Shown piece after piece: positions 11,193 to 20,507 of a stretch of 51,730 nt of DNA (its first letter is position 1; each line of letters begins with the position of its first letter). Location of the stretch: contig JADHTX010000001.1 of the NCBI GenBank assembly GCA_016784875.1, positions 1 to 51,730 on the forward strand, read 5' to 3'. Source of the DNA: Methylobacter sp. (lineage in GTDB: Bacteria > Pseudomonadota > Gammaproteobacteria > Methylococcales > Methylomonadaceae). A model generated the notes under the pieces. That model ran no database searches, was not told the DNA's origin, and saw only the letters and a program-made list of their open reading frames with translations. The translations under genes were made by a program, and so were the position numbers.

Positions 11193-13172
11193 TTAAAAAC
11201 GTGCCGACAAACCGATTTGCCCCCAGCGTCCCGGCATCGGATAGCCTGGGATATACTGATAATCGCGATCCAGCAGGTTTTCTACAGCCAAAAACGCTTC
11301 ACCCTTTTTACCTAATAACGGGATAGGGTAAGACGCTCGCGCATTGACTACGGTGAAAGAGTTGACCTTGTTGGTATTAACGGCGCTGATATTACGATCG
11401 CGGTTCAACGCGAACATATCCGATTGATACTGGGCATCGACAGCAAGACGAACCTTGGCAATCTGACCGTTTAAACCGGCCGTTACTGTACGCTTGGGCG
11501 CGTAGGGGAGGTTATCGAGACTGGGATCAAGCAAGGTAAGGCCGCCGAAAATAGTCCAGTTTTCAATAATCTCCTGTTTGATTGCTATCTCAGCGCCTCG
11601 CGTATGATAGGTGCCGATATTGGTGAATTGCGGTGTCGGCACAGCGGGAGGGAATCCGAATAAATAGCGGTTTCTTACCTTATCATTAAACAAGCTGACA
11701 TCGATTTGAGTGGAATCGGTCGGTGAAAGTTTTGCACCGACTTCAATATGATCCAATTCCTCAGGCGACAGTTTTGTCCATGTACTGGAAAGCGCAGGGA
11801 TGTAGGCTGCCAGAGTAGCGACTTCCAGGCCTGGGTAATTGATACCGCGCGATACGTTAGCAAACAAGGTGACTTTATCTGAAACCAAAGAAAGGCCGGC
11901 ATGAGGAGCCGGTTCCGAGCTGTACTGGCTGTGATCGTAAACGCGAACCCCAGCGGACGGGACCAGTGTCCAGTCTTCGTTAATATCGATATTCTGACTG
12001 ACGGCAATATAAGGCGAAGTGACCCGGAAAGTCGGCGTATCGTATCGGCCCTGAGAAGCGGCTAAGCCAATCTGATCGCGTACATCGCCGGTTGTCCAGT
12101 CGCTGTCTAAACCGATCACAACCTCGCCGCCCGACCAAGGTGAAAACGCTTCTTTCCAGCGCAAACCGCTGGTTTGAAAGTTAGTTAGCGTATCGGTGTT
12201 CCTATTGTCGAAAGGAGGGCTGTTAGGGTGGTTATACCAATTACCCGATCCCACGTTGGTATAAAGACGTAAGTCCCCCGTCCAATCGCCGTGCTGATGA
12301 GACAGGTTGACCGAAACCATACCGGCCTCTGTCGTGTATTTTGGGGTTAGCGCGGGCATTGCTACCCGGTTGTCGCCAGGGTCGTTGGAAGTGTTGTTGG
12401 TGTAAAGAAATTGAGTGCCGACCGACCAGTTATCGTTGACCTGCCATCCTACGTGGCCCATCACATTTTTTAATTCGCCGTCGGCGTTGGGACGATGCCC
12501 GTTCGACCTCGCATAACCCTGAGCCAGCGAGAAATCGAGATCGCCTTTTTTGCCTTCAATATCGGCTTGCTCGACAAAAGTATCGAAATACCCGCCCGAG
12601 ATTCGGCCGCTGCCGTGAATGCCGTCCTCGGTTGCGCGTTTGGTGGCTAAATTGATCGACGCAAAATTGTTGCCGTTGATGTGCGGTTGTGGGCTTTTAT
12701 AAACGGTGATCGACTGCATGCCGTTGACAGGCAGTAAATCCAGTAACGGATGACCCCAGACACCTGTATATACGGGTACGCCATCGACATAAGTTTTGAT
12801 TTCGCTGCCTGGGCGACTGGCACCCATGCCACGGATAAATACGCCGCCGCCCTGATTGCCGCTAAAAGAGCCCACCGGATTAAACCGGGTAATCTGGACG
12901 CCAGGAGTGCGCCGCAATGCCGATGCCAGATCGACAGCGTTCTGGTCGCGCAACTGATCTTCAGTCACCACCGACGAAACATCCGAATAAGCATCAAGAT
13001 GGGTTTCTTCAATGACAGGGCTGGCAGTTACCTGCATCGGTTTAAGTTCAATGGGCTTAGTCGTTTCGCTAGCCATTGCTGCGGAGCTGGAATTAAATAG
13101 TAGCAAAGACATAAATAGAGGGCTGCCTAACTGAAAAAACCTGACAGGTCGACTGGAGCGTTTAAATTTCAT
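11193..13172 (-). CDS. TonB-dependent receptor
   Basis: Signal peptide, plug motifs (LRRTPGV, FIRGMG, YVDGVP), VENLLDRDY...PGR and C-terminal Phe. Confidence 0.92.
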   Translation of the reverse strand: MKFKRSSRPVRFFQLGSPLFMSLLLFNSSSAAMASETTKPIELKPMQVTASPVIEETHLDAYSDVSSVVTEDQLRDQNAVDLASALRRTPGVQITRFNPVGSFSGNQGGGVFIRGMGASRPGSEIKTYVDGVPVYTGVWGHPLLDLLPVNGMQSITVYKSPQPHINGNNFASINLATKRATEDGIHGSGRISGGYFDTFVEQADIEGKKGDLDFSLAQGYARSNGHRPNADGELKNVMGHVGWQVNDNWSVGTQFLYTNNTSNDPGDNRVAMPALTPKYTTEAGMVSVNLSHQHGDWTGDLRLYTNVGSGNWYNHPNSPPFDNRNTDTLTNFQTSGLRWKEAFSPWSGGEVVIGLDSDWTTGDVRDQIGLAASQGRYDTPTFRVTSPYIAVSQNIDINEDWTLVPSAGVRVYDHSQYSSEPAPHAGLSLVSDKVTLFANVSRGINYPGLEVATLAAYIPALSSTWTKLSPEELDHIEVGAKLSPTDSTQIDVSLFNDKVRNRYLFGFPPAVPTPQFTNIGTYHTRGAEIAIKQEIIENWTIFGGLTLLDPSLDNLPYAPKRTVTAGLNGQIAKVRLAVDAQYQSDMFALNRDRNISAVNTNKVNSFTVVNARASYPIPLLGKKGEAFLAVENLLDRDYQYIPGYPMPGRWGQIGLSARF

Positions 13173-13337
13173 GATAATTCCAATGTAGTAAAGACATTCA
13201 TCTCAGTATTGGCTGAGAATTTTGATTCGGCCATTAAATTTGGTTCGAACAGGGTTGCAGATACTACTCAATAACAGGTTCGGTTTCCTCGCTCATTCAT
13301 ATGGCAAAGGGATTGTTTCTTATGCTAAAAGTAGGAT

Positions 13338-13381
13338 TGTGTGATATGCCTTGGTTTTTTGTATTGAGTGTGTGATATGCC
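13338..13381. promoter_or_regulatory. Perfect 13-bp direct repeat TGTGTGATATGCC (13338-13350, 13369-13381) in the divergent TBDR/AraC intergenic region
   Basis: Read directly from sequence; 31-bp periodicity. Regulator-binding role is inferred. Confidence 0.55.
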
Positions 13382-13513
13382 GTACTTTTTGCGCAGGAGT
13401 GCAAACCATGGGTCATGAAAGCAATCATTAACGCTATGAAAAATAATACGCAAGCAAGTCAAGGCCTGATTTATGCTCAATAAATCAGGAAAAATCTATA
13501 GCGATAGGCAGAA

Positions 13514-14470
13514 ATGGAAATACAACACGCAACGGCAACAAGATGGAGCATAAGCAGCGATGAGCTGCAATTGCATCGGCAAAAAGACTGCCTGCATCAG
13601 TCTTTACCGAAAAGCTTAGGTCTGGGACACTCAGCCATATTCCAGCTCGATCAAGACTTAAGCTATATAGAAACCCGCTACACGCCGTCGAAAGACCTGG
13701 CTGTTTTGAGCCGAATAGGCGATCAGGAGTCGAGACTCGTGGTTACCCTCGGCTTAAAAGGACAATCATGTTTTGTCGGTAATAGCGGTGATGAGCTGGT
13801 TTTTCGCGAAGGCTATACGGCTATCACAACAATTCAATCCAGCATTGGCGAGCGGCAATACCAAGCCCATAAAGCCACTATGCAACTTCGTTTCGCACTG
13901 AATAAAAACTGGTTGGACAGATATTTTGGCGAAGATAAGACGGCGCAGTTATTCAACAAAAAAGGCATGCAATTATTAAGCTATCAGCCGATCTCGCCAC
14001 AAGCAATGTATGCGGCGCAACAGTTATTGAACGGCAAGGTATCGAAGGAAACAAATCGAATATTCATGCATGGGCAAGCCATGTCGCTGTTGGCTAGTGA
14101 ATTAAGCCCTCTTTCCGAAGACAAGCGTCGCGATTCGTCGAGATTGGATCAGAATAATGCTGCCATAGCGAAGTTGGCGCGGGATATATTAATGCGCGAA
14201 TTTAGAAACCCTCCGTCGGTTAAAGATTTGTCGAAACGGGTGGGAACCAATCAATTTAAATTAAAGCAGGTATTTCATCATTTTTTTAGTAACACGCCTT
14301 ACGGTTTATTGCTGGAAATCAGGATGAATAATGCCTATCAGTTGTTGGCGTCGACCGGATGTCAAGTGAGTGTTGCCGCCGATCTTGTCGGCTATAGCCA
14401 TGCAAGCAATTTTAGCTCTGCATTTATCAAGCATTTTGGTGTTTCGCCCAAGGCTCTCAAAAAACACTAA
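13514..14470 (+). CDS. AraC family transcriptional regulator (PchR/YbtA-like)
   Basis: C-terminal PPSVKDLSKRVGTNQFKLK...VGYSHASNFSSAFIKHFGVSPK double HTH; divergent from TBDR. Confidence 0.9.
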   Translation: MEIQHATATRWSISSDELQLHRQKDCLHQSLPKSLGLGHSAIFQLDQDLSYIETRYTPSKDLAVLSRIGDQESRLVVTLGLKGQSCFVGNSGDELVFREGYTAITTIQSSIGERQYQAHKATMQLRFALNKNWLDRYFGEDKTAQLFNKKGMQLLSYQPISPQAMYAAQQLLNGKVSKETNRIFMHGQAMSLLASELSPLSEDKRRDSSRLDQNNAAIAKLARDILMREFRNPPSVKDLSKRVGTNQFKLKQVFHHFFSNTPYGLLLEIRMNNAYQLLASTGCQVSVAADLVGYSHASNFSSAFIKHFGVSPKALKKH

Positions 14471-14486
14471 ATGGGGCATTGGTAAA

Positions 14487-14512
14487 AAAGGGGCGGAATT
14501 TCACGCCCCTTT
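14487..14512. terminator. Bidirectional intrinsic terminator
   Basis: AAAGGGGCG-gaatttca-CGCCCCTTT with A/T tails between convergent araC and smbP. Confidence 0.75.
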
Positions 14513-14533
14513 CTTTATTAAATTAAGGCGATA

Positions 14534-14872
14534 TTATTTTTTGCTGCTCGCTTTAATGTGCTCTACAGCGGCTTCGGCATGCGTAGTTGCCACGTCGGCA
14601 TGGCCCAAACCGCCGTGATCGATAGCTTCTTGCAGCTCCTTGGCTCCAGCGTCTAAATGGTTTTTGGATACTCCTTTAGCGACGATGGAAGCCCCTAGCG
14701 TATAATCCAGAGCCGTTTTTGCATGTTCGACTAAAATCAGCGCATGGCCGGCTTTGCCATGAACGACTGCTTCTTTGGCGTGTTCCAGTGCGGAAGTGGA
14801 TTGCTCTTTGGCAAAAACAGAAGTACTTAAAAGAAATAATAAACCTGCACAAGAAAATGCTAATTTTTTCAT
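14534..14872 (-). CDS. smbP: Small metal-binding protein SmbP
   Basis: Signal peptide followed by regularly spaced His (ALEHAKEAVVHGKAGHA...EHA...HLD...HG..GHADVATTHAEAAVEHI), as in Nitrosomonas SmbP. Confidence 0.85.
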   Translation of the reverse strand: MKKLAFSCAGLLFLLSTSVFAKEQSTSALEHAKEAVVHGKAGHALILVEHAKTALDYTLGASIVAKGVSKNHLDAGAKELQEAIDHGGLGHADVATTHAEAAVEHIKASSKK

Positions 14873-15283
14873 AATTCTCTCCTCAATATTTATGTTTATA
14901 GGTAGATGCCGATTCTTTGTTTAGTTTTAAAAAAATTTTTATGAATCGACGGCTATATTTTTACAAGATGTCAATATTTTTGCAATACCCATAATTAATC
15001 AATGGACAATACATAATTTGGCGATGTACTCAGTCGTTTTTTCACATGCAGCAACAATATCGACCACTGGCTTAGTGAAATTGGCTATATCAGTTAACAT
15101 GATTGGCGCGGCCTATAGCTGGCTTGGCTTGAGTCGCTGATAATCGGGAAAAACGATTTTAAGCGCCTGAGGTGGTGTTTAAAGATGAAGCGTTTTATTA
15201 CGGATTATACAGATAGGGATTTTTTATTCCGGTAAGCGTAAACTATGCCAACTTGCTCCTTTTAAGTGCTGTTGCCTTTTATT

Positions 15284-15456
15284 GGCTATCCACTTAAGAC
15301 GGGACAATAGGCAAGGCTTAACCGTTCGTCCTGAGCTTGTCGAAGGATGGAAGGTTAAGCCGTTCATGGTTCGACAAGGCCTTTAGTCCTGAGCGCAGCC
15401 GAAGGGGCACCACGAACGGCTTAACCTTTAAACTGTCCCGCCTTAAGTGGGTAGCC
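15284..15456. mobile_element. 173-bp MITE with 23-bp TIRs and 8-bp target-site duplication, containing nested palindromic repeats
   Basis: TIRs 15284-15306 and 15434-15456 match 21/23; flanked by CTTTTATT at 15276-15283 and 15457-15464. Confidence 0.85.
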
Positions 15457-15529
15457 CTTTTATTGAATGAGTTCAATTGGACGGATTTTTATTATTCGCC
15501 AAGTGTAAACGGTCTGCCGGATTGATATA

Positions 15530-16258
15530 ATGAGTCTTGATTTTATAGTGAGAGATTGGAACGCTTGGGCTCCCGGCATCAGCAGTCGCGATGATTGGCG
15601 AAACCGGCTGGTTCGCCAGACCTTTGTTCAGAGCGAAAAAGCGTCAATACCTGCTAGGGTGCCTAAGGCACTCCAACGCAGATTAAGTCCATTAGGTCGG
15701 GCGGTTTTTAATGCGGCGGATGGTTGTTTTGATAGCGATAAGTCGCTGCCTATTGTATTTAGCACTGCCCATGGCGAAACCAATAAGTCGTTAGAGATGC
15801 TTAAAGCGATGCAGCGCGGTGAGGAAGTTTCGCCGACCGCCTTTAGTTTATCAGTTCATAATGCCATAGCAGGATTGTTTTCTATCGCTTATGCCGATCA
15901 TCAGGAAATTACCGTGATTGCACCCGCTCAGGACGGTATTGCTCCGGCGTTTATTGAAGCATTGGGGCTGTTGCAGGAGCAGCACAGCGAGGTGCTGATG
16001 GTTTTGTATGACGAACCGCTAGCGGATTTTTATCCGTCGTTGCCGTTTGCGCTCAATGCGCCGGTTACTTGCGCATTGGCAATGAGGGTTTCTTTAAGCG
16101 GGCAGGGTTTGCCGTTGCGCTTTAGCCGATCATCTGAGCGGCGTGACGATGGCGAGCATGCTTTGCAGATACTCGCCTTTTTAAAATTTCTGGTCGCCGA
16201 CGGTAAGGCCTTGGCGTTGGGTAATCATAGACACAGCTGGGAATGGCACAAAATATAA
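15530..16258 (+). CDS. Beta-ketoacyl synthase chain-length factor (ApeC-like)
   Basis: RRLSPLGR, VFSTAHGE, SPTAFSLSVHNAIAG motifs. Confidence 0.88.
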   Translation: MSLDFIVRDWNAWAPGISSRDDWRNRLVRQTFVQSEKASIPARVPKALQRRLSPLGRAVFNAADGCFDSDKSLPIVFSTAHGETNKSLEMLKAMQRGEEVSPTAFSLSVHNAIAGLFSIAYADHQEITVIAPAQDGIAPAFIEALGLLQEQHSEVLMVLYDEPLADFYPSLPFALNAPVTCALAMRVSLSGQGLPLRFSRSSERRDDGEHALQILAFLKFLVADGKALALGNHRHSWEWHKI

Positions 16259-17037
16259 CAGCAAAATTAGGCTATGGCTGGCGTCTTTTGGCAACAGGAT
16301 TCAGTTTTTTTAGTTTTGGCGTGGGCGGATTGTTGTTGTGGGCATTGGTGTTTCCGGTGTTGTCTATGTTACCCGGAACGCCGTTGCAAAAGGTCAGTCG
16401 CGGTCAAAAAGTAGTGTCATGCAGTTTTTATGTATTCATCGGCTTGATGCACAGGCTGGGCATAATGACTTACGAAATTGTGGGGCTGGGCAAGCTTAAC
16501 CGGCCCGGTCAGTTAATCATCGCCAATCATCCGACGCTGGTCGATATTGTGTTTTTGATCAGCCGTATCACACAGGCCAGCTGCATAGTCAAAGCCGGAT
16601 TGTTCCGTAACCCGTTCATGCGCGGCCCAATCATTAATGCAGGCTACATCAGCAACGGCAACCCTGAGCAAATGATAGCCGAATGCGTTGCCTGGTTGCG
16701 CTCAGGCGGATCGATGATTATTTTTCCCGAGGGTACGCGGTCTATACCGGGCAAACCGTACCGTTTCCAACGGGGCGCGGCTGCCATCGCCTTGCAGGCC
16801 GAGACCGTGGTGACACCGGTGACGTTGGGCTGTTATCCCAGCACCTTAACCAAAGCCGAGCGGTGGTATGAGATTCCTTATCGCCGCTTTCATCTGACCC
16901 TGCATGTCGGAGATGATATTGATGTGGCGGCGTTTACCGATGGCAGGCCGAAATCGATAGCGGTGCGCCGTTTTAACCATTATTTACAAGATTATTTTAC
17001 CCAACAGAGAGATCTCTATAAGCACCATGGAAAATGA
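16243..17037 (+). CDS. Lysophospholipid acyltransferase (ApeD-like)
   Basis: NHPTLVD and FPEGTRS PlsC motifs. Confidence 0.9.
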   Translation: MAQNITAKLGYGWRLLATGFSFFSFGVGGLLLWALVFPVLSMLPGTPLQKVSRGQKVVSCSFYVFIGLMHRLGIMTYEIVGLGKLNRPGQLIIANHPTLVDIVFLISRITQASCIVKAGLFRNPFMRGPIINAGYISNGNPEQMIAECVAWLRSGGSMIIFPEGTRSIPGKPYRFQRGAAAIALQAETVVTPVTLGCYPSTLTKAERWYEIPYRRFHLTLHVGDDIDVAAFTDGRPKSIAVRRFNHYLQDYFTQQRDLYKHHGK

Positions 17038-17275
17038 ATTAAAACAACTGATTATCGATACACTGGATCTGGAAGACATTAGTGTGTCCGATATTGACAG
17101 TGATGCGCCGTTGTTTAACGACGGTTTGGGGCTGGATTCCATCGATGCGCTGGAATTAGGCTTGGCTATCCGTAAAAAATACGACGTAAAAATCGATGCC
17201 GATAAAGACGATGTAGTGAAGATTTTTTCCTCGGTTGCAACGTTGGCTGAATACATTCAAGCAGCGCGTGGTTGA
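17027..17275 (+). CDS. Acyl carrier protein (ApeE-like)
   Basis: GLGLDSIDALEL phosphopantetheine site. Confidence 0.92.
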   Translation: MENELKQLIIDTLDLEDISVSDIDSDAPLFNDGLGLDSIDALELGLAIRKKYDVKIDADKDDVVKIFSSVATLAEYIQAARG

Positions 17276-17282
17276 GGTTATT

Positions 17283-17534
17283 ATGATAAAAGAACGCGAA
17301 CAAATCCTGGCGGCCATTCAGGAGATTATGGTCGAGATGTTTGAGATGGAGGAACAGGCCGTCACTCTGGAAGCAAAGCTTTACGAAGACCTGGATTTTG
17401 ATAGCATCGATGCTGTGGACATGATCGTCAGGCTTAAAGAAATGACCGGCAAAGCCATTAAAGCCGAGGATTTTAAAGCGGCCAGAACCATCGGCGATGT
17501 GGTTGAGGCCGTTTATAAGATGCTTAATAGCTAA
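17283..17534 (+). CDS. Acyl carrier protein (ApeF-like)
   Basis: LYEDLDFDSIDAVD; ATG at 17283 after GAGG RBS. Confidence 0.9.
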   Translation: MIKEREQILAAIQEIMVEMFEMEEQAVTLEAKLYEDLDFDSIDAVDMIVRLKEMTGKAIKAEDFKAARTIGDVVEAVYKMLNS

Positions 17535-18086
17535 ATGCGTTTGCTTGTAAACGGCGTGATGGGATTAACCACTCTGTTATATCCGTTGGCGGTTTTCTTC
17601 GGCAGCCAATATTTTGAACCGTGGAAAATGGCCGCCATATTGATTGTGCTGTTACTGATCAGACTGGCGGCCAGTTATTCCAGTAAGCACTGGAGTACAC
17701 CGTTATTGGTAGCCGGTATCGCTTATTGCGTCTTTGCGATGTGGAGCAACCAGTTAGGCGCTTTGCGTTTGTATCCGGTCTTGGTTAATGGGCTGATGCT
17801 GATGATTTTCGGCTGGAGCTTATTTTCTCCCACCAGTTTGGTTGAGCGTCTGGCGCGCATGCAGCACCCTGATTTGCCGCCGGAAGGCGTTATTTATACC
17901 CGGCGAGTGACCCAAGTCTGGTGCGGCTTCTTTATCGTTAATGGAACACTGGCATTGATAACGGCATTGTGGGCCAGCATGGAAATCTGGAGTTTATACA
18001 ACGGCCTGATTGCCTATGTGTTGATGGGGATTTTATTTTCAGCTGAGTACCTGGTCAGGATCAGAACCCAGAAGCATGTTAGATAA
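17535..18086 (+). CDS. COG4648-type membrane protein (ApeG-like)
   Basis: LYPVLVN, ERLAR..HPDLP...YTRRVTQVW, WSLYNGLIAY. Confidence 0.85.
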   Translation: MRLLVNGVMGLTTLLYPLAVFFGSQYFEPWKMAAILIVLLLIRLAASYSSKHWSTPLLVAGIAYCVFAMWSNQLGALRLYPVLVNGLMLMIFGWSLFSPTSLVERLARMQHPDLPPEGVIYTRRVTQVWCGFFIVNGTLALITALWASMEIWSLYNGLIAYVLMGILFSAEYLVRIRTQKHVR

Positions 18087-19776
18087 ACTGTCCCACTGTT
18101 TAATCAGTCGAAGGCCGGATGATGCAACTATTGCCTATCATTCCGGGCAATACTATTCGACCGGGCAGTTTGTCGGCGCGGTCGAGTTTTGGGTCGAAAA
18201 ATTGCAAGCGCAACCGTTCCGGAATTACGCCTTATACACGGAAGATGCCTATCCGTTTGCCGTGTTGTTGTTTGCCTTGTTGCATGCCGGTAAAAAAATC
18301 TGGATACCCGGCAATAATCGCCCCGGCACTGCTGAACAATTATCGTCAGACTGTCAGTTGTTGGGCGAGTGGCAAAATAGCGGGTGTTTCGATTACTGTT
18401 TAGACGCAATGGATAGTTCCAGCCGCTTATGCCCGTTAAATCCATTGGAGGCTCAGCTGGTTATTTTTACCTCCGGTTCTACAGGGAAGGCCAAGCCGAT
18501 AGTCAAATGCTTGAATCAATTTCAGCTTGAAATCGCAAATCTGGAACATCTTTGGGGCGAACGGCTGGCCGGGGCTGAAGCGCTAGCTACGGTCAGTCAT
18601 CAGCATATCTATGGTTTGTTGTTTCGTGTGTTATGGCCGTTGTCGGCGGGGCGATGTTTTCATAGTCAGGCTTATATCAATCCTGAATCGCTGGTCAATG
18701 CACTGCAACGCGGCCCGGCATACTGGGTAGCCAGTCCTGCGCATTTAAAGCGTTTGGATCAATATTCTCCCTGGGATAGCATTGCCGAGTTAAAGGCGGT
18801 TTTTAGTTCCGGCGGCGTGTTACCGGCGAGCGCCGCGCAACAGATATTCGATAATGGCGGGCAGGCGGTAATTGAAATTTACGGCAGTTCCGAAACTGGC
18901 GGTATCGCTTGGCGACAGCAATATAATGCCGCATGGACATTATTTTCCGGCATGAGCTTAAGCAATATCGATGGGAAGTGGTTGCTGCATTCGCCTTATT
19001 TGCAAAGCCCCGCTTTAGACATCGGGAGGGGATTCAAATTGGACGATCAACTCACTCTGTTGGACGATGGCCGGTTTACTCTGCACGGCAGGTCGGATCG
19101 CATCGTCAAAATCGAAGAAAAGCGCTTGTCCTTGGTTGAGCTGGAGCAACGCTTAATGGCTGTGCCGTGGATAGACGAAGCTTATGCATTGGTGATCAGC
19201 AAAAGCAGGGATGTTGTCGCGGCGGTTATCGTATTGAGTTCCCTGGGTTTAGAGCAGTTGGCTATTCAGGGCAGAAACCAACTAATCAGACATTTGCGCA
19301 AGACGCTGGAGCCATGGTTCGAGTCGCTGGTATTGCCCAGAAAATGGCTGTTTGTCAATGTCATCCCGTTATCTAGCCAAGGCAAAGTCGATCGGCAGTT
19401 GTTAACAAGTTTGCTGGATTTCGATAACAGGAAACTCCCTCAGGTACTCAATCTTGAAATTGCCCAAGACGAAGTCCTGCTGAGTCTTAGAGTACCTGAA
19501 GATTTGCTTTATTTTCCTGGTCATTTTTCCGGTTACCCGATTTTGCCGGGCGTAGTGCAATTGGCTTGGGTAGAGTATTTCGGCAAGCTGTTTTTCAACA
19601 TCGATAAGCCGTTTTCATGTATGGAGGCGATTAAATTTACTCAAGTGATCCGGCCCGGCGAGAAATTGACATTGTCTATCGACTGGAAAGCCGCGCAAGG
19701 CAAACTGTATTTTAATTTCAGCTCAGAGCACGGTACGCATGGCTCAGGGCGCATGGTTTACGAGGGCAATCAATGA
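18076..19776 (+). CDS. AMP-binding acyl-ACP synthetase fused to C-terminal hotdog dehydratase (ApeH-ApeI-like fusion)
   Basis: FTSGSTGKAK, SHQHIYG, EIYGSSETGG, GRSDRIVKIEEKR; C-terminal YFPGHF..YPILPGVVQ. Confidence 0.88.
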   Translation: MLDKLSHCLISRRPDDATIAYHSGQYYSTGQFVGAVEFWVEKLQAQPFRNYALYTEDAYPFAVLLFALLHAGKKIWIPGNNRPGTAEQLSSDCQLLGEWQNSGCFDYCLDAMDSSSRLCPLNPLEAQLVIFTSGSTGKAKPIVKCLNQFQLEIANLEHLWGERLAGAEALATVSHQHIYGLLFRVLWPLSAGRCFHSQAYINPESLVNALQRGPAYWVASPAHLKRLDQYSPWDSIAELKAVFSSGGVLPASAAQQIFDNGGQAVIEIYGSSETGGIAWRQQYNAAWTLFSGMSLSNIDGKWLLHSPYLQSPALDIGRGFKLDDQLTLLDDGRFTLHGRSDRIVKIEEKRLSLVELEQRLMAVPWIDEAYALVISKSRDVVAAVIVLSSLGLEQLAIQGRNQLIRHLRKTLEPWFESLVLPRKWLFVNVIPLSSQGKVDRQLLTSLLDFDNRKLPQVLNLEIAQDEVLLSLRVPEDLLYFPGHFSGYPILPGVVQLAWVEYFGKLFFNIDKPFSCMEAIKFTQVIRPGEKLTLSIDWKAAQGKLYFNFSSEHGTHGSGRMVYEGNQ

Positions 19777-20507
19777 AACCTTGCATCATTATCCCGGTGT
19801 ACAACCACGAAGCAGCAATCCCCCAAGTGCTTGCCAAACTTAAAAGATTCGGTATTCCAACGATATTAGTCAATGACGGCAGCTCGGCGCAATGTGCGCA
19901 GACTCTGGCCGACTGCGCCGAACAGGAGCCGGATTGGCTCACCTTAATTAATCGTTTGGAAAATGGCGGCAAAGGCGCCGCCGTGCTGGACGGGTTTAAG
20001 GCGGCAGAGATTTTGGGATATAGTCACGCGATCCAAATCGATGCGGACGGTCAGCACGACGTTAACGATATTCCTGCATTTCTGGATGCAGCAAAACAAT
20101 GCCCGAACGCGCTGATTTTAGGCCAGCCGCTGTTCGATGAAACCGCGCCGAAGAGCCGGGTTTACGGTCGGACTATTGCTAATTTTTGGGTATGGGTAAA
20201 CACGTTATCGTTAGCGATTGCAGACAGCATGTGCGGCTTTCGCGTGTATCCGTTGGCGGCAGTGACTCAGTTAATCGGCACAACAGACATAGCCAGAGGC
20301 ATGGCTTTCGATATAGACATTCTGGTGCGCTTGTATTGGCAGGGCGTGGAGGTCATTAATATGCCGACGCGGGTGAGTTACCCTTACGACGGCGTGTCGC
20401 ATTTCAAGTTATGGCGGGATAATCTGATGATCTCGAAAGCCCATGCCAAGCTGTTCTTCGGCATGCTTCGCAACTGTTCGCAATTGCTGAGCAGGCAACG
20501 GTCGTGA
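19773..20507 (+). CDS. Glycosyltransferase family 2
   Basis: IIPVYNH, VNDGS, NGGKGAA, QIDADGQH, DSMCGFRVYP. Confidence 0.92.
   Translation: MKPCIIIPVYNHEAAIPQVLAKLKRFGIPTILVNDGSSAQCAQTLADCAEQEPDWLTLINRLENGGKGAAVLDGFKAAEILGYSHAIQIDADGQHDVNDIPAFLDAAKQCPNALILGQPLFDETAPKSRVYGRTIANFWVWVNTLSLAIADSMCGFRVYPLAAVTQLIGTTDIARGMAFDIDILVRLYWQGVEVINMPTRVSYPYDGVSHFKLWRDNLMISKAHAKLFFGMLRNCSQLLSRQRS

Noticed and set aside
14955-14985. ATATTTTTRCAA direct repeat upstream of smbP
   Set aside because: Short, low-complexity match in AT-rich DNA; could be chance.
15337-15525. 62-aa ORF MSKDGRLSRSWFDK...
   Set aside because: It is mostly a translation of the nested MITE sequence.
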